Shown: positions 1 through 10,919 of the stretch, piece by piece
Layout: the number at the start of each line of letters is the position of its first letter
Numbering within the stretch: position 1 is the stretch's first letter
Assembly: GCA_000092065.1 (NCBI GenBank)
Contig: CP000592.1
Direction: 5' to 3' (one strand)
Origin: Ostreococcus lucimarinus
Taxonomy: Eukaryota
Length of the DNA: 64,000 nucleotides
Position numbers and translations under genes: made by a program
Notes under the pieces: model-generated
The model's input: the letters and a program-made list of their open reading frames with translations, nothing else
Databases searched by the model: none
Told to the model about the DNA's origin: nothing

Positions 1-2
1 TG

Positions 3-28
3 AAAGATGATGACGCCGACGCCGAACA

Positions 29-64
<36 letters not shown>

Positions 65-1421
65 ACGACGCGCGCGCGTCGCGATCGTCGGCGCGGGCGC
101 CGCGGGACTGAGCGCGCTGCGCGCGATGCGACGCCAAGGTCACGACGCGCGCGCGTTCGAGGTTGCGGATTCGCTGGGAGGGACGTGGCGGTACGACGGC
201 GACGAGGCGACGGCGTCGAAATCAAAGGCGCCGACGCCGATGTACGCGTCGTTGCGAACGAATCTGCCGCGAGAGGTGATGGGATTTCGAGAATTTCCGT
301 TCGACGCGACGGGCGAGCGCGGTGGCGATATGCGACGGTTTTGCGGACGCGAGGAGGTGCGAAGGTATTTGCAGAGGTACGCGGAGACGTTTGGGCTCGA
401 AAGATTCGTGGAGTACGACGCGCGGGTGACGTCGGTGGTGCGCGCGGTGCGGGAGAGCGCGGAAGAGGAGGCGCGGTGGTCGAGCGCTTGGGAAGTGGTG
501 TGGAAGAGCGGAAAAGACGATGAGACGCGGCGGGAAATGTTCGACGCCGTAGTCGTCGCGAACGGGCACTACAACGAGCCACGAGTGCCGGAATTCGACG
601 GTGCGCAGACGTGGCCGGGGGAACGAATGCACAGTCACGAGTACAGGATTCCCAATGACACACGCTTCGTCGGGAAGAAGGTGTTGCTCATAGGCGCGAT
701 GGCGAGCGGAGAAGATATCTCGCGGGAAATCGCCGAAGTCGCTTCGACGGTGTACTTGTCGGCGCGCACGTGGCAAAATCCCGAATGGGCCAAATCCACC
801 GAGGGCATCGGCGCCCGCGGGAATATTTTCCGTAAACCAAACGTGAAACGATTCGAGTCCGATGGTTCGGTGGTTTTCGAAGATGACACGGTTGCGGCAG
901 ACTGCGACGTGTGCGTGTTTTGTACAGGTTACAAGTATCGTTTTGAATTTCTGCCGCAGGATTTGGTCTCGGTGGAAGATAACTACGTCGCGCCGTTGTA
1001 CGAGCATTGCATTTCGGTCAATGCACCGTCCATGTCGTTCGTCGGTTTGCCGTGGAAAGTCGTGCCATTTCCAATGTTCGAACTACAGAGTGAGTGGATA
1101 GCGCGCATGCTCTCCGGAGTCGTGCCGATGCCGACGCGTGAAGAGTGCGCTCGAGGTGCGGCTGAACTCGATGCGAAGCTCGAGCCTCACGGCGAAATTC
1201 CGCGAAGACACGCGCACATGTTCGGTGACGCGCAGTTCGCGTACAACGATCGCATCGCGAGCTTGGCTGGGGTGGAAGTGCACGCGAGCTGGCGAGCTCG
1301 AATGTACAAGGCGACCGGACAAAACAAGCGAGCGCATCCCGAAAAGTATCGCGACGCGAACATGCCGGACGCGGCCGAACTGGAGGAAGCGCGGCGCGAG
1401 TTTGAAACAATTGTATATTAG
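3..1421 (+). CDS. Flavin-containing monooxygenase (plant FMO GS-OX-like), 5'-partial. Reading frame is open from the window edge, so the start codon lies upstream of position 1.
   Basis: The frame is open from nt 3 with no in-frame ATG before the FAD motif. It contains IVGAGAAGL (the FAD GxGxxG motif), FPF..GERGG..R, HYNEP..PEFDG..TWPG..HSHEYR and a second dinucleotide motif LLIGAMASGEDISREIA. This is the classic class-B FMO architecture. A Thr/Asp-rich low-complexity stretch from (ACG)n lies just before the FAD motif. Confidence 0.8.
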
Positions 1422-1469
1422 ATTGATTCTGTTGCTGCATTTTAAATATTGATGACCGGTAGAGTAGTT

Positions 1470-4100
1470 TTATGCTAACTCGCGCAGGAGGTTGCCCAGA
1501 CCTTTTCGACTTTGCTGCATAATGGATGAAAAAATCCCTTCCTGCTCTTCGTCTTCGAACGTATCGACTTTGATCTCGCCCCAGTCTATTTTTCCTTTAC
1601 CTCTGTCAGAGTTCAACGCACGAAGAGTGGGTAAACTGACGGGGAGATAGGTGAAGCGCGCGACTGGCTTTGCCGAGGCGGCGCTCGCCCCAGTCGCGGG
1701 CTTGATGGACGTGTCTTGATACAAGTTGGACAGTTGAACGAAACCGCCGAGCAAAACAGCGCATCGTCTGTAGGCGCGACGTTCATTGTCCAAAATATAA
1801 GGCTCATACGTCGCCCAATCGATCGGGTCGAGCGCACTCGTGAGGCGATTTTGCACGTCGTTGACTCGAGACGTATCCTTCATCGCGAGCACGTCCATGG
1901 CAAATTTGACATCCAAAAGCAGCTGTAACGTACCCTTTTCCGAACGAAGAGGTCGAGCGAGCGCATCAATGTACGCTTGCAAAAGACCATCGGCGAGAGA
2001 AGTAGCGAGCATGCGAATAGCAGATCTTGGTAGGAGGTGTCCGCCAACGCGCTGTGCTTCCTGTAACGCGCCGTGCAGAGACGTGAGCACGTAGGACGAC
2101 GGCGTCGCTGGAAGCCGAAGCTGCAATCCTTCGCTGTTCTTATCCGTCACTTCTTCCCAACACGAAGGCGTCGTGTCAGACGCCAACGAGTCATCCGAAC
2201 TCAACGCCGCTCTGAATGTGCGAACGGTGTCGGCGGCGCAGTTGTTCACCCACACCTCATATCCAGCGTTCATCGCGTTCTCAAACTCTGTCTTGACGCC
2301 CTCGATTTTCGCACTTTCAGATTCTTTTGGTTTCTTCAACCCTCGTAGTGTTCGCGCGGGTTTGATGATCAACTCCGCGGATTCGTCGTACTTTGGCCAC
2401 ACGTTCGCTGGTTTCAAAAGCACGGTTGTCTCTTTGACGACATCCATAACGGCGGCCGCGAGATGTCCTATCATCAACGCCCCGTTCACCTCCGTAGGCT
2501 GCGTACTGATTTTGGACAAAAGGTACTGAGCTAAATCTACCAAACCCTTGTGCGCGCACGCATGAATGTGCTCGGCTAATTTCGCGAGTCGACCTTCAAC
2601 GTCGGCGTTGCCGCCGATGTGAATGCCGTGCAGCTTCAAAGCGTCTTTCCTCACCGTAAGCATAATCTTATTCATGCTTCGCGCCACGGCGCGCGCACAT
2701 TTGATATCATCAGGAACACTGACGATTTCATCCTTTGACGCGCTCGAGCTCGACCACATCGAAGATTCTTTGCGAGAATCAGTGGAATTCTTTTTGAGCG
2801 CGTCCACGAGCGCCGCGTCGACTTGCGGTTTGATGACGGCGAACGACAACGACTTCTTGAACAGAGCAAATGCTTGCTGAAGCCAAGGTTGCTCGAATAA
2901 TGTAGGCCAAAGATTGATTTTGCGGTTGAAAAGCGTGGCGCAGGATTCTTCCCACTCCTTCTCATCGCTCGCGCACGTGGCTTCGAGCGCGGCAAGTTCG
3001 GCGCAGCTTGACATCTTCCCAAATACCGCGACACCCCTCAGCGAGATATCGCGCCCCAATCGATCCAACCACGCCAAACACGCATCACTCACCACACTAC
3101 TGCTCAAAGTTTCTAACTTTTCCCTCCTTTGCTTCGTGGACGCCTGAAACTGCTCCCATTCGACGTGCGGTTCGAAGACGCCTTGGAACAAGTCATCCAC
3201 AGTGAGCGATTTAGCCGTATTCGAAGCGATCAAAGCCTTCTCTCCCGCAAAAATTTCGAAGCAAAGCTGCAACACGTGCTTGATATCCGCCATAAGTGCC
3301 ATCAGACGCTTATTCAACGACTCTTGCGTCACCGTGGAGCCCGCGATGTCGCGAAGGCACGCGCGTACCCATGCTTGACGCGTTTGCAACAGCAGTGTCA
3401 ACGCCTGCGTCGCGCTCAAATTCTCCATCATCACGAGCGCTTTCAGCGCGCTCACAACCTCTGACACGCGCAATCCAGAACGCTCCAGTCCCGCTCGAGC
3501 GCGTTTAGAAACGCGCGCCTTGAAGCTATTCAGCGCAGTCGCCTGTTGTCGCGCCACCGGAAAAGTCGTGTACAGCGCCTCCGCCCGCCCTTTCCCGCGG
3601 GTCATCTCATCTAACATCTCCACCGACGCCATCAACCGTATCGCCGCTTCCTCGTACGCGCAATCCTCCAACAGCCCCCACATTTTCTCTGGCGTGTCCA
3701 ACAAAAATTTTACTCGACTCCCTCGCTCCACCGCCGCCGCCCTTCGCGCGTCCTCCTCCCCGATCTCCCGCTCACTCGATCTATCCACGCTTTCATTCAT
3801 CTCCCGCAGCGCGCGCTCGATCTCCCTCGACGTCTGCGCCACGCTCCGTGACGTTTCTTCGATGATTTCCAGCGCCTCCACCGTCGCGATCGCATCTTTA
3901 TACGACTCCCCGAGCAATTTCCTGCGCGTTCGGAGCGCGTCGGTCAGTCCAGGACGTCGATCGCGTCGCGTGCGCACGCACCGCAGCGCCTCGGCCTTTT
4001 CTCGCGCTTCGCGACGCGTCCGGGCTTCGACTTCTCTGATCTCGTCTAACGTCCTGTTTTTAAACAGCGCCTCCGCGTTCGCCTCCATCGTCGTCGTCAT
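1470..4100 (-). CDS. COG1: Conserved oligomeric Golgi complex subunit 1 (COG1), 876 aa, single exon.
   Basis: N-terminal Vps51/COG1-type helix (LF..LDEIREVEARTRRE..ESYKDAIATVEALEI). A central block PSSYVLTSLHGALQEAQRVGGHLLPR closely matches the conserved COG1 block PSWYVQSFLFSLCQEINRVGGHALPK recalled from animal COG1. ATG start and TAA stop were verified on the minus strand. Confidence 0.75.
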   Translation of the reverse strand: MTTTMEANAEALFKNRTLDEIREVEARTRREAREKAEALRCVRTRRDRRPGLTDALRTRRKLLGESYKDAIATVEALEIIEETSRSVAQTSREIERALREMNESVDRSSEREIGEEDARRAAAVERGSRVKFLLDTPEKMWGLLEDCAYEEAAIRLMASVEMLDEMTRGKGRAEALYTTFPVARQQATALNSFKARVSKRARAGLERSGLRVSEVVSALKALVMMENLSATQALTLLLQTRQAWVRACLRDIAGSTVTQESLNKRLMALMADIKHVLQLCFEIFAGEKALIASNTAKSLTVDDLFQGVFEPHVEWEQFQASTKQRREKLETLSSSVVSDACLAWLDRLGRDISLRGVAVFGKMSSCAELAALEATCASDEKEWEESCATLFNRKINLWPTLFEQPWLQQAFALFKKSLSFAVIKPQVDAALVDALKKNSTDSRKESSMWSSSSASKDEIVSVPDDIKCARAVARSMNKIMLTVRKDALKLHGIHIGGNADVEGRLAKLAEHIHACAHKGLVDLAQYLLSKISTQPTEVNGALMIGHLAAAVMDVVKETTVLLKPANVWPKYDESAELIIKPARTLRGLKKPKESESAKIEGVKTEFENAMNAGYEVWVNNCAADTVRTFRAALSSDDSLASDTTPSCWEEVTDKNSEGLQLRLPATPSSYVLTSLHGALQEAQRVGGHLLPRSAIRMLATSLADGLLQAYIDALARPLRSEKGTLQLLLDVKFAMDVLAMKDTSRVNDVQNRLTSALDPIDWATYEPYILDNERRAYRRCAVLLGGFVQLSNLYQDTSIKPATGASAASAKPVARFTYLPVSLPTLRALNSDRGKGKIDWGEIKVDTFEDEEQEGIFSSIMQQSRKGLGNLLRELA

Positions 4101-4299
4101 CGCGCGGCGCGAACGGAAGCGTCTACTTCGCGCGCGTCACGCGATCGCGGCGCGCGCGGGCGCGGGCGCGCGCTCGATCGACGCGAGCGTCGCGAAATGA
4201 CGCGAAACGCCGATTCGCGTCGAGCCGCGTCACTGCGCGTCGCGCGCGGCCCTCTCGAGCGCGCGTCCGCGCGCGAGCCCGTCGCGAGGCGACGGAAAA

Positions 4300-4432
4300 A
4301 TGTGCGATGAAAACTGGCGCGCGGACGACGCGACGGGGTGCGCGTGGCGGCAGGACGAGACGACCGTGACGGTCAAAGTCGCACCCGTGCGGTCGCTCGC
4401 GATGGACCGCGCCGAGCGATGGGACGCGCGAG
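4300..4432 (+). CDS. CS/p23 (HSP20-like co-chaperone) domain protein, exon 1. The proposed intron is 4433-4520, GTGCGC..CAG, 88 bp.
   Basis: ORF 4300..4647 and ORF 4508..5011 lie in different frames, and each carries half of a CS domain (AWRQDETTVTVKVAPV... then ...PPYSWRADLYDDVETRTMTIERTAREVIFHCVKKVSKVWPRLTA). The p23-like block SWPRLT is conserved. A phase-1 GT donor at 4433 and an AG acceptor ending at 4520 join the two halves seamlessly. Confidence 0.45.
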
Positions 4433-4520
4433 GTGCGCTCGGCGCGACGCGCGCGGGCGCTCGCGCGCGTTTGATCGCGCTCGCGTCGTCGACTGACGAG
4501 ATCTGCGATGACGAGCGCAG

Positions 4521-5011
4521 GGACGTCGGCGCGTCTCGCGCTGTCGGCGCCGCCGTACTCGTGGCGCGCGGATTTATACGACGACGTCGAGACGCGCACG
4601 ATGACGATCGAGCGCACCGCGCGCGAGGTGATTTTTCACTGCGTTAAAAAGGTTTCGAAAGTTTGGCCGCGCCTGACCGCGGTTGGACGCGCGGAAGATA
4701 TTGAGAGACGTCGCGTGGACGCGGAACGCGAGGCGGCGGCGAATGCAGAGCTCGCCGAAGCGGAGCGCGCGATGGAAAAGCGTCGTTTGGCGCGGGTATT
4801 TCTCGAAAAACAATGGGCGATCGACGACCGTCGCGCTATTGCGCGCGCGTGTGCGCCGATATCGTCCGCTGTGGCTGAAATGCGTCCGAGATGCGTCACG
4901 CGGCTGCCGGCGTTTGACGCCGCGCGCGGCTCGAAACCGCCGCGCACGCGCATCGAGATTGACGTCGTCTTCACCCCGACCGCGCGCCTCCCCGCGCGCC
5001 ACGCGCGGTGA
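4521..5011 (+). CDS. CS/p23 domain protein, exon 2 (through the stop).
   Basis: Continuation of the CS domain (…KVWPRLTAV…) followed by a charged coiled-like tail. The splice phase is consistent with exon 1. Confidence 0.45.
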
Positions 5012-5226
5012 GAAAAGAGCCACGCGTGCCATGCTCAGTGGGGGGCGACCGTCCTCGTCAGCAACTTTGAAACTGTGGAAAAACCGGTCGGTCGCCATCC
5101 AATCATCGGCGTCGCGCGTGTCTCTGTACGCGCACATAGACGTATTGTAAAGCTGATTAATTCTAAGAAGGAGGGTCGTCGGCCGCGCGACGGCGCGCGC
5201 GACACCGCGCCGCGACGCCGCGGCGC

Positions 5227-6006
5227 ATGGCGCCTCCGCGCGTCGCGCGCGCCGCGTATCGCGCGCTCGTGCGCGTCGCGCGCGCGCTCGAGCGCGAGCG
5301 CGTCCGCGCGCGCGCGAAGACGGCGCTAGAGCTGTGCACCGAGCGCGAACTGTCGACGCTCGAGGGCGCGCTCGGGGCGCGCGCGATGCGGCGCGCGCGG
5401 ACGCGCGGAGGCGCGACGACGACGACGGACGTCGTTCGGGACGCGTTTCGAGCGCGCGCGAGCGGCGAGGACGACGACGCGCGCGTGGACGCGGCGCTGA
5501 CGGCGCTGGGGACGCTGCGGCGACGCGCGAGGTGGTTGGGCGAGACGCCGACGCGCGCGACGAGCGAGCGCGCGACGGAGGGCGTGCGGGTCAAGGTGCG
5601 GGCGAGACTGATGCCCGATCAGACGGTGCCGGCGATCGGGCGGTTCGCGTACGCGTACGAGGTGGAGATCGCGAACGAGGGGAACGACGAGGCGGTGCAG
5701 GTGGTGTCGAGAGAGTGGCGCGTGCGGGACGAGAGCGGCTTCGAGGAGACCATCTCGGGGAACGGCGTCGTCGGCGAGCAGCCGACGCTCGCGAAGGGGG
5801 AGACGTTTCGTTACGCGTCGGCGTGCGTGCTGAAACGCGAGCGAGGGAGCATGTCTGGGAAGTACACGTGCGTTTTCCAAGAGTCGCGGCGAATCGTCGA
5901 CGTCGTCGTGGCGCCGTTCGCGTTGACGCCTCGCGAGCGCGACGACGTCGAGGACGACGACGTCGAGATTCGAAACGATTCTTCCGTCGTCGAGGCGATC
6001 GATTGA
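5227..6006 (+). CDS. ApaG (DUF525) domain-containing protein, 259 aa.
   Basis: The C-terminal 120 aa match the ApaG fold consensus (GRFAYAYEVEIANEG..VQVVSREWRVRDESG..ISGNGVVGEQPTLAKGETFRYASACVL..GSMSGKY). The N-terminal ~110 aa are Arg/Ala-rich and possibly a targeting sequence. Confidence 0.7.
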   Translation: MAPPRVARAAYRALVRVARALERERVRARAKTALELCTERELSTLEGALGARAMRRARTRGGATTTTDVVRDAFRARASGEDDDARVDAALTALGTLRRRARWLGETPTRATSERATEGVRVKVRARLMPDQTVPAIGRFAYAYEVEIANEGNDEAVQVVSREWRVRDESGFEETISGNGVVGEQPTLAKGETFRYASACVLKRERGSMSGKYTCVFQESRRIVDVVVAPFALTPRERDDVEDDDVEIRNDSSVVEAID

Positions 6007-6126
6007 TTCGCGCGCGCGCGCGTTGTTTCCACATTCATTCATCGTCGTACCGACGCCGTCTCGTCGCCTCTCGTCGCCGTCGCGACGCGATTTCGCGCGA
6101 CTTCGCGACGCGAGCGACGCGAAGAC

Positions 6127-7266
6127 ATGCGCGCGATCGCGACCCGCGCGCGCGCGCTCGCGCCCCGGTCGACGTCTCGCGCGTCGCGTCGCTCGAACGC
6201 GCCGCGCGCGAGCGCACGCGCGTCTCGAGCGACGGATGATTATCCATCAGTCATGGCGGACGCCGCGCGCGCGGTGCGGCTCGCGGGCGCGCTGTGCCGG
6301 AAGATGCAGTTCGAGCTGCGAACGAACGAAAAAGTGTCGAAATCGGACGACTCGCCGGTGACGGTGGCGGATTTCGCGGCGCAGGCGGTGGTGTCGCACG
6401 TCCTGGGCGTCGCGAGGCCGGACGTCGGGCTGGTGGCGGAGGAAGACGCGCGGAGTATGCGGGAACCAGCGGGCGCGAAATTGCGAGCGAGAGTGACGGC
6501 GGTGGTGAACGATGCGCTCGAAGGCGTGGTGGAGCGCAGACTGAGCGAGGAGGAGGTCATGGACGCGATCGATCGCGGGGCGACGGACGGCGGCGCGTCG
6601 GGGTCGTTTTGGATTCTCGATCCAATCGACGGCACGAAAGGATTCATTAATGGTCGGCAGTACGCCATCGCTTTGGCGCTCATGGAGGACGGCGAAGTTA
6701 CGGGTGGTGTTCTCGGGTGTCCGAACATGCCGAGCGAGAAGATACCGCGAGGAGCGACGGAAATTCCGACGGCGGCGCCGGGAGTAATTTTCGTCGCGTA
6801 CAAGGGGCGCGGGACGACTGTGGGGGCGTTCGACGCGGAGCATCCTCTGCGAGATGGCGCGAAAATAACGACGAATAAAGTGGCCAGTTCGAGCGAAGCG
6901 ACGTACATGGAATCGTGGGGGGACTCCATCGTCGCCGATCATGGGTTTACGAATTCTTTGAGCGCGGCGATGGGCGTAACGGCGCCGCCCGTGCGCATCG
7001 ATAGCATGGCAAAGTACGGTGCGCTCGCCCGTGGAGACACGAATATGTATCTCAGGTTTCCGCCCGCGAGTTATAGAGAAAAAGTTTGGGATCACGCCGC
7101 GGGCGCGATCGTGGTTCAGGAGGCGGGAGGGGTCATCACCGATGGCGCCGGGAATCCACTCGATTTTTCAAAGGGACGATTTTTGGACATCGACATCGGC
7201 ATCGTGGCCACGTCTTCGCCAGAACTGCACGCGACGTTGCTCGAAACGATCGCGAAAGTCAGATGA
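6127..7266 (+). CDS. SAL1: 3'(2'),5'-bisphosphate nucleotidase / inositol polyphosphate 1-phosphatase (SAL1/FRY1/HAL2 family), with an N-terminal transit-peptide-like extension.
   Basis: Near-colinear match to plant SAL1: SPVTVADFAAQAVVSHVL, WILDPIDGTKGF, YAIALALMEDGEV..GVLGCPN, APPVRIDSMAKYGALARGD..YLRF, KVWDHAAGAIVVQEAGGVITDGAGNPLDFSKG. The first ~40 aa are Ala/Arg/Ser-rich (organellar presequence style). Confidence 0.9.
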   Translation: MRAIATRARALAPRSTSRASRRSNAPRASARASRATDDYPSVMADAARAVRLAGALCRKMQFELRTNEKVSKSDDSPVTVADFAAQAVVSHVLGVARPDVGLVAEEDARSMREPAGAKLRARVTAVVNDALEGVVERRLSEEEVMDAIDRGATDGGASGSFWILDPIDGTKGFINGRQYAIALALMEDGEVTGGVLGCPNMPSEKIPRGATEIPTAAPGVIFVAYKGRGTTVGAFDAEHPLRDGAKITTNKVASSSEATYMESWGDSIVADHGFTNSLSAAMGVTAPPVRIDSMAKYGALARGDTNMYLRFPPASYREKVWDHAAGAIVVQEAGGVITDGAGNPLDFSKGRFLDIDIGIVATSSPELHATLLETIAKVR

Positions 7267-7304
7267 TCGTCCACGATAGCTGCTATGTTATATTATTACC
7301 GTTA

Positions 7305-8435
7305 CTACGCGCTTTTATTCTTTCCGACGGGTCGCAAGCGTTGGCGTAACATCGCCACTATTTCTTCCTTTGTCCTCGCCGGCTGTCCAACGTTGACGTA
7401 TCTATCTGCTAACCATCCTAACCTGCCACACAACACCGCGAGCCCGACGCGGCGTCGCGTGACGCCGTCAAAAATCAGACCGTCGTTCCTCGCGAACTCG
7501 TCCAAAGACTCGATAAATTTTTCTGGCAAGTCGGACCAGTGCGCGTCGGCGTCGACGCGATGCACGGTGTAATACCCATCGTTGAACGTCAACTGATTAT
7601 TCGGATGATTGATCGCGCAGTACGACGAACGATAATGACACTGCGGTTTATCTGGATCAACAAAGATTTGCTGCGACCAGCTTCCGAACGCCGCCGCGAA
7701 CGATCCCGCGACGTACGGCACGACAAAGATCCAAAACGCCGCCGTCGCGTTCATCGCCGCCGCGTACGAATACACTCCATACGTCGCCGCGAGTCCTAAG
7801 ACGCACCGCATCGCGTCGACGTACGCCTTCCTCTTCACCGCCCCGACGAGCAACTCCACGAAGCACCACGCGCCGAACCGTACCCAATACCTCAAAAACG
7901 CAAACGCCCCGTCTCTCGCGTACGTCGCCGTCGAATTCATCCCTCGCCCTCGCCCTCCGCTCGCCTTCGACCCCTCGTCCCCATCGTGATGCATCAACTC
8001 GTGCCGCATCGCGTACAGCCCACACGGCATCCCGAAAAACGGTCCGAGCGCGCAACTCGCGACGTTATTCAACACCGTTCCCGCCGTCCCGTCGCCTCGA
8101 AACGCCGGCGCGTGGCTCGAGTAGTGCGCCGCCGTGACGAACCGTCGCCAATACAACCCATATATCGTCACCGCGTACGCCAACCCGAGCGCGTGCGACG
8201 GCGGAGACATCACGACCGTCATCGCCATCGCCGGCACCGTGCTCGCGACGTTTATGAGCGCGTACACGAGCGGTAAATCCCGCGCGTCCCGCACCATCGG
8301 TCGCATGCGTTTGACGAGCGCGGACGTCGGCGCGACGACGTACTCGCGACGACGGGCGTGGAGGTCGTCGAGGGTGACGTCGCGGTCACCGCACGCGCCG
8401 ACGCGGGCGACCATCGTCGGGCGGGGCGCGGGCAT
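7305..8435 (-). CDS. Polytopic membrane protein with histidine boxes (HYSSH, HELMHH). A di-iron lipid desaturase or hydroxylase-like enzyme is the best guess.
   Basis: Multiple hydrophobic segments and His-box motifs (HxxxH, HxxxHH) typical of membrane-bound desaturases, hydroxylases and the FAD4/CarF superfamily. I have no confident family assignment. ATG verified. Confidence 0.35.
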   Translation of the reverse strand: MPAPRPTMVARVGACGDRDVTLDDLHARRREYVVAPTSALVKRMRPMVRDARDLPLVYALINVASTVPAMAMTVVMSPPSHALGLAYAVTIYGLYWRRFVTAAHYSSHAPAFRGDGTAGTVLNNVASCALGPFFGMPCGLYAMRHELMHHDGDEGSKASGGRGRGMNSTATYARDGAFAFLRYWVRFGAWCFVELLVGAVKRKAYVDAMRCVLGLAATYGVYSYAAAMNATAAFWIFVVPYVAGSFAAAFGSWSQQIFVDPDKPQCHYRSSYCAINHPNNQLTFNDGYYTVHRVDADAHWSDLPEKFIESLDEFARNDGLIFDGVTRRRVGLAVLCGRLGWLADRYVNVGQPARTKEEIVAMLRQRLRPVGKNKSA

Positions 8436-8604
8436 GCCGCCGCGCGCCGCCGCCGCGCGAAGTGACGACGATCCAACGGTCGCGGGCGCTTTTCGCGAGC
8501 ACGGCGTACAATACGCTCGGTCTTCATAGAATACACTACGCTATCGCGCGCGTCGGCGACGCTCGGCCGGAGGGTGGCTCTCGCGTATTTATTTACCAAT
8601 GACG

Positions 8605-10614
8605 TCACCGCGACTCGCGATCCGCAACGCCGCGCTCGCGGGACTGAGCGACGACGCCGCGCTTGCCGATTTCGGCGAAGGACTTTTCGGCCTCGGGCTT
8701 GGGCTTGTAGTATTGGTCTGGGGTCATGAATTCGGCGCCGCCGCCCGCGGCGGGTCGGAAAGGCGCGGGCGCGGACGCGAGCCACTTTTCCTTGCCTCCG
8801 CACTCGCGCCAAAAGGTGTTTTGAGTTTGGGAAACGTCCCACATGAGACCGAGGTGCTTGGGGAGCGGGGCGAGCGTGCTCGCGGCGATGGCGCCAGAGG
8901 CGGCGACCGCGGGAACGCCGACGCCCGGGAACACGGAGTCGCCGCAACGTAATAACTTGGGGATAGGGGATAATACGCCCGGTTGCGGAACTTCGGGCAG
9001 AGGTAAGAAGCCGAAGAGGCTGCCGCCGGCTGGGAGCGCCGGGCCGTACGTGCCGCGGTGCCGTCGGAGGAACCGTTGATGCGTCTGCGGAGACGCGTAC
9101 ACTTCAACTTCGACGCGGCTACGAATGTCCGGTATGATGCGTTCGATGGCATTCCACAGGATTTCAGCGCGTTCGCGCTTGAAATCCTTGTACTCTTGAC
9201 TCCCTCGATCCTTGCCTTCCCAAATGTCGTACGGTTCGCTTCCGGCTGTGTACACGTGAATGATGTGCTTACCTTCGGGTGCGACTTCAGGATCGAGCAC
9301 GGTGGGAATGAAGATTGTGATGACGTTTTGGGGATCACCGAGAGGTCGGTCCCAGTCCAAAACGCACAGATGCGACGGATCCAGATCGGGTAAGCCCGTG
9401 GCGTCGATGCCGAGGAACAAGTGCATGATGCTTCCGAGGGCGGGGATTTCCGACATTTCGTCCTTCCACTCCACCGCCCTGTCGAGACCTTGTGCTATTA
9501 ATTCGTCTGTCTGGGGCAACATCGGCACAGTGTCCCAGATAGTCGCGTTCGAAACGACCGCGACGTTCGCCTTGATGACTTTACCGTTTCGAAGACGCAC
9601 ACCCTTGGCTTCTCCGTCTTCGACGATGATTTCCTCCACGTGCGACTTGAGCTGCAATTCACCACCATACTTTTCCAAGCAGTATTGAAGCTTATCCACA
9701 ACTGCCTGCGTACCGCCCTCGGGCGCGCACAACGACGCCCCGGGACGATGGAATCCTGGAATACTATAAATCATTGTCGCCCCCATCGTGCCCTCCGCCG
9801 GGAACCCGCTGAAAAACGCCAGCATGTCGATCCACTGCTTCAAGAACGGTTCGGTGACGTACTGTCGCGATAACTTATGAAATGAGTCCAAAATATAAGG
9901 AATATCCAACATCACGTTCGGATGGGTGAGGTAAAACGGAATCGCAATCACCGTGGACACCAACAACCCGGCGTCCTGGCGAAGCGCCGTGAGCGGACAC
10001 GCGTCCAGCGCGTCGTACAACGGTTCCAACCGCCCCTTCAGCGCCTTCCACTCCTTGATCGCCAACTCCGGATCCGTCGCCTTCTCGCGCAACAAATCGC
10101 AGAACCCACCCGGGGCGTCATCGTCCCCGGTTTGAAACCTCCAGTGCCCCTCCGGCGTCCACATCGAAATCCCGTCGTACGTCTTCACCGGCACCGTCTC
10201 CCCGAGCGCGTCCAGCACCATCCTCAGCGGGTTCCCCGTCGGTCGATCCAACCCCTCCCAAATGCTCGGTCCGACCTCAAACTTATACAACGCCCCATCC
10301 GGCGCTCGATGATCGAACATGTGACAGCACCCGCCCGCGAGATAGTGACTCTCAAACACCTTCACCTCGTATCCGTACTTCGCCAACAGCGCGGCGCACG
10401 ACAACCCACCGATCCCGCTTCCGATCACCACGACGTCGTGCGTTTCGCTCGCGTCGTCCAGCGCGCTCGCGCGCGTCACCGTTCGTCGCCCGCGCGCGTC
10501 TTTCCTCGTCGCGCTCGTTATCCGCGCGGTCGCGCGCTGCATCTTGCGCGCGCGCGTCGTCGCGCGCGTCGTCGCGCGCGCGGCGCCGCGCGCCACCGTC
10601 GCGTCGGGCGTCAT
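8605..10614 (-). CDS. Carotenoid isomerase-like FAD-dependent oxidoreductase (CRTISO/RetSat family), plastid-targeted.
   Basis: DVVVIGSGIGGL (FAD GxGxxG), NATIWDT, IFIPTVLDPEVAPEGKHIIHVYT..WEG, THQRFLRRHRGTYGP and CGDSVFPGVGVPAVAASGA match CRTISO blocks. The ORF-track start at 10629 is GTG, and the first ATG is at 10614. The N-terminal ~60 aa are Thr/Arg/Ala-rich and look like a transit peptide. There is a ~100 aa C-terminal extension. Confidence 0.75.
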   Translation of the reverse strand: MTPDATVARGAARATTRATTRARKMQRATARITSATRKDARGRRTVTRASALDDASETHDVVVIGSGIGGLSCAALLAKYGYEVKVFESHYLAGGCCHMFDHRAPDGALYKFEVGPSIWEGLDRPTGNPLRMVLDALGETVPVKTYDGISMWTPEGHWRFQTGDDDAPGGFCDLLREKATDPELAIKEWKALKGRLEPLYDALDACPLTALRQDAGLLVSTVIAIPFYLTHPNVMLDIPYILDSFHKLSRQYVTEPFLKQWIDMLAFFSGFPAEGTMGATMIYSIPGFHRPGASLCAPEGGTQAVVDKLQYCLEKYGGELQLKSHVEEIIVEDGEAKGVRLRNGKVIKANVAVVSNATIWDTVPMLPQTDELIAQGLDRAVEWKDEMSEIPALGSIMHLFLGIDATGLPDLDPSHLCVLDWDRPLGDPQNVITIFIPTVLDPEVAPEGKHIIHVYTAGSEPYDIWEGKDRGSQEYKDFKRERAEILWNAIERIIPDIRSRVEVEVYASPQTHQRFLRRHRGTYGPALPAGGSLFGFLPLPEVPQPGVLSPIPKLLRCGDSVFPGVGVPAVAASGAIAASTLAPLPKHLGLMWDVSQTQNTFWRECGGKEKWLASAPAPFRPAAGGGAEFMTPDQYYKPKPEAEKSFAEIGKRGVVAQSRERGVADRESR

Positions 10615-10919
10615 CGCGCGCGTCGTCACCGATCGAAGCGACTCGCGAGCGATGCCCGCGCGGCGCGCGCGCTGTGACGTTCGGCGCGAGATACGCCGCG
10701 CGCCGTTATCTTTTTTGACTCTTCACTGTTTACCCATATACGACGGTACACGACTCAACGTACCCGATGGGGTCGAGCGCGGCGCGCGTCGACGCGCCGC
10801 ACCGCGCGACGCCGCGGCTCGACGCCGCGAGCGAGCGTGAACGCGCGCGCGCGCGCACGCTCGACGTCTCGACGCGAGACGCGCGTCGTTCGACGCGCGC
10901 GTGACGCCGCGAGACGGTG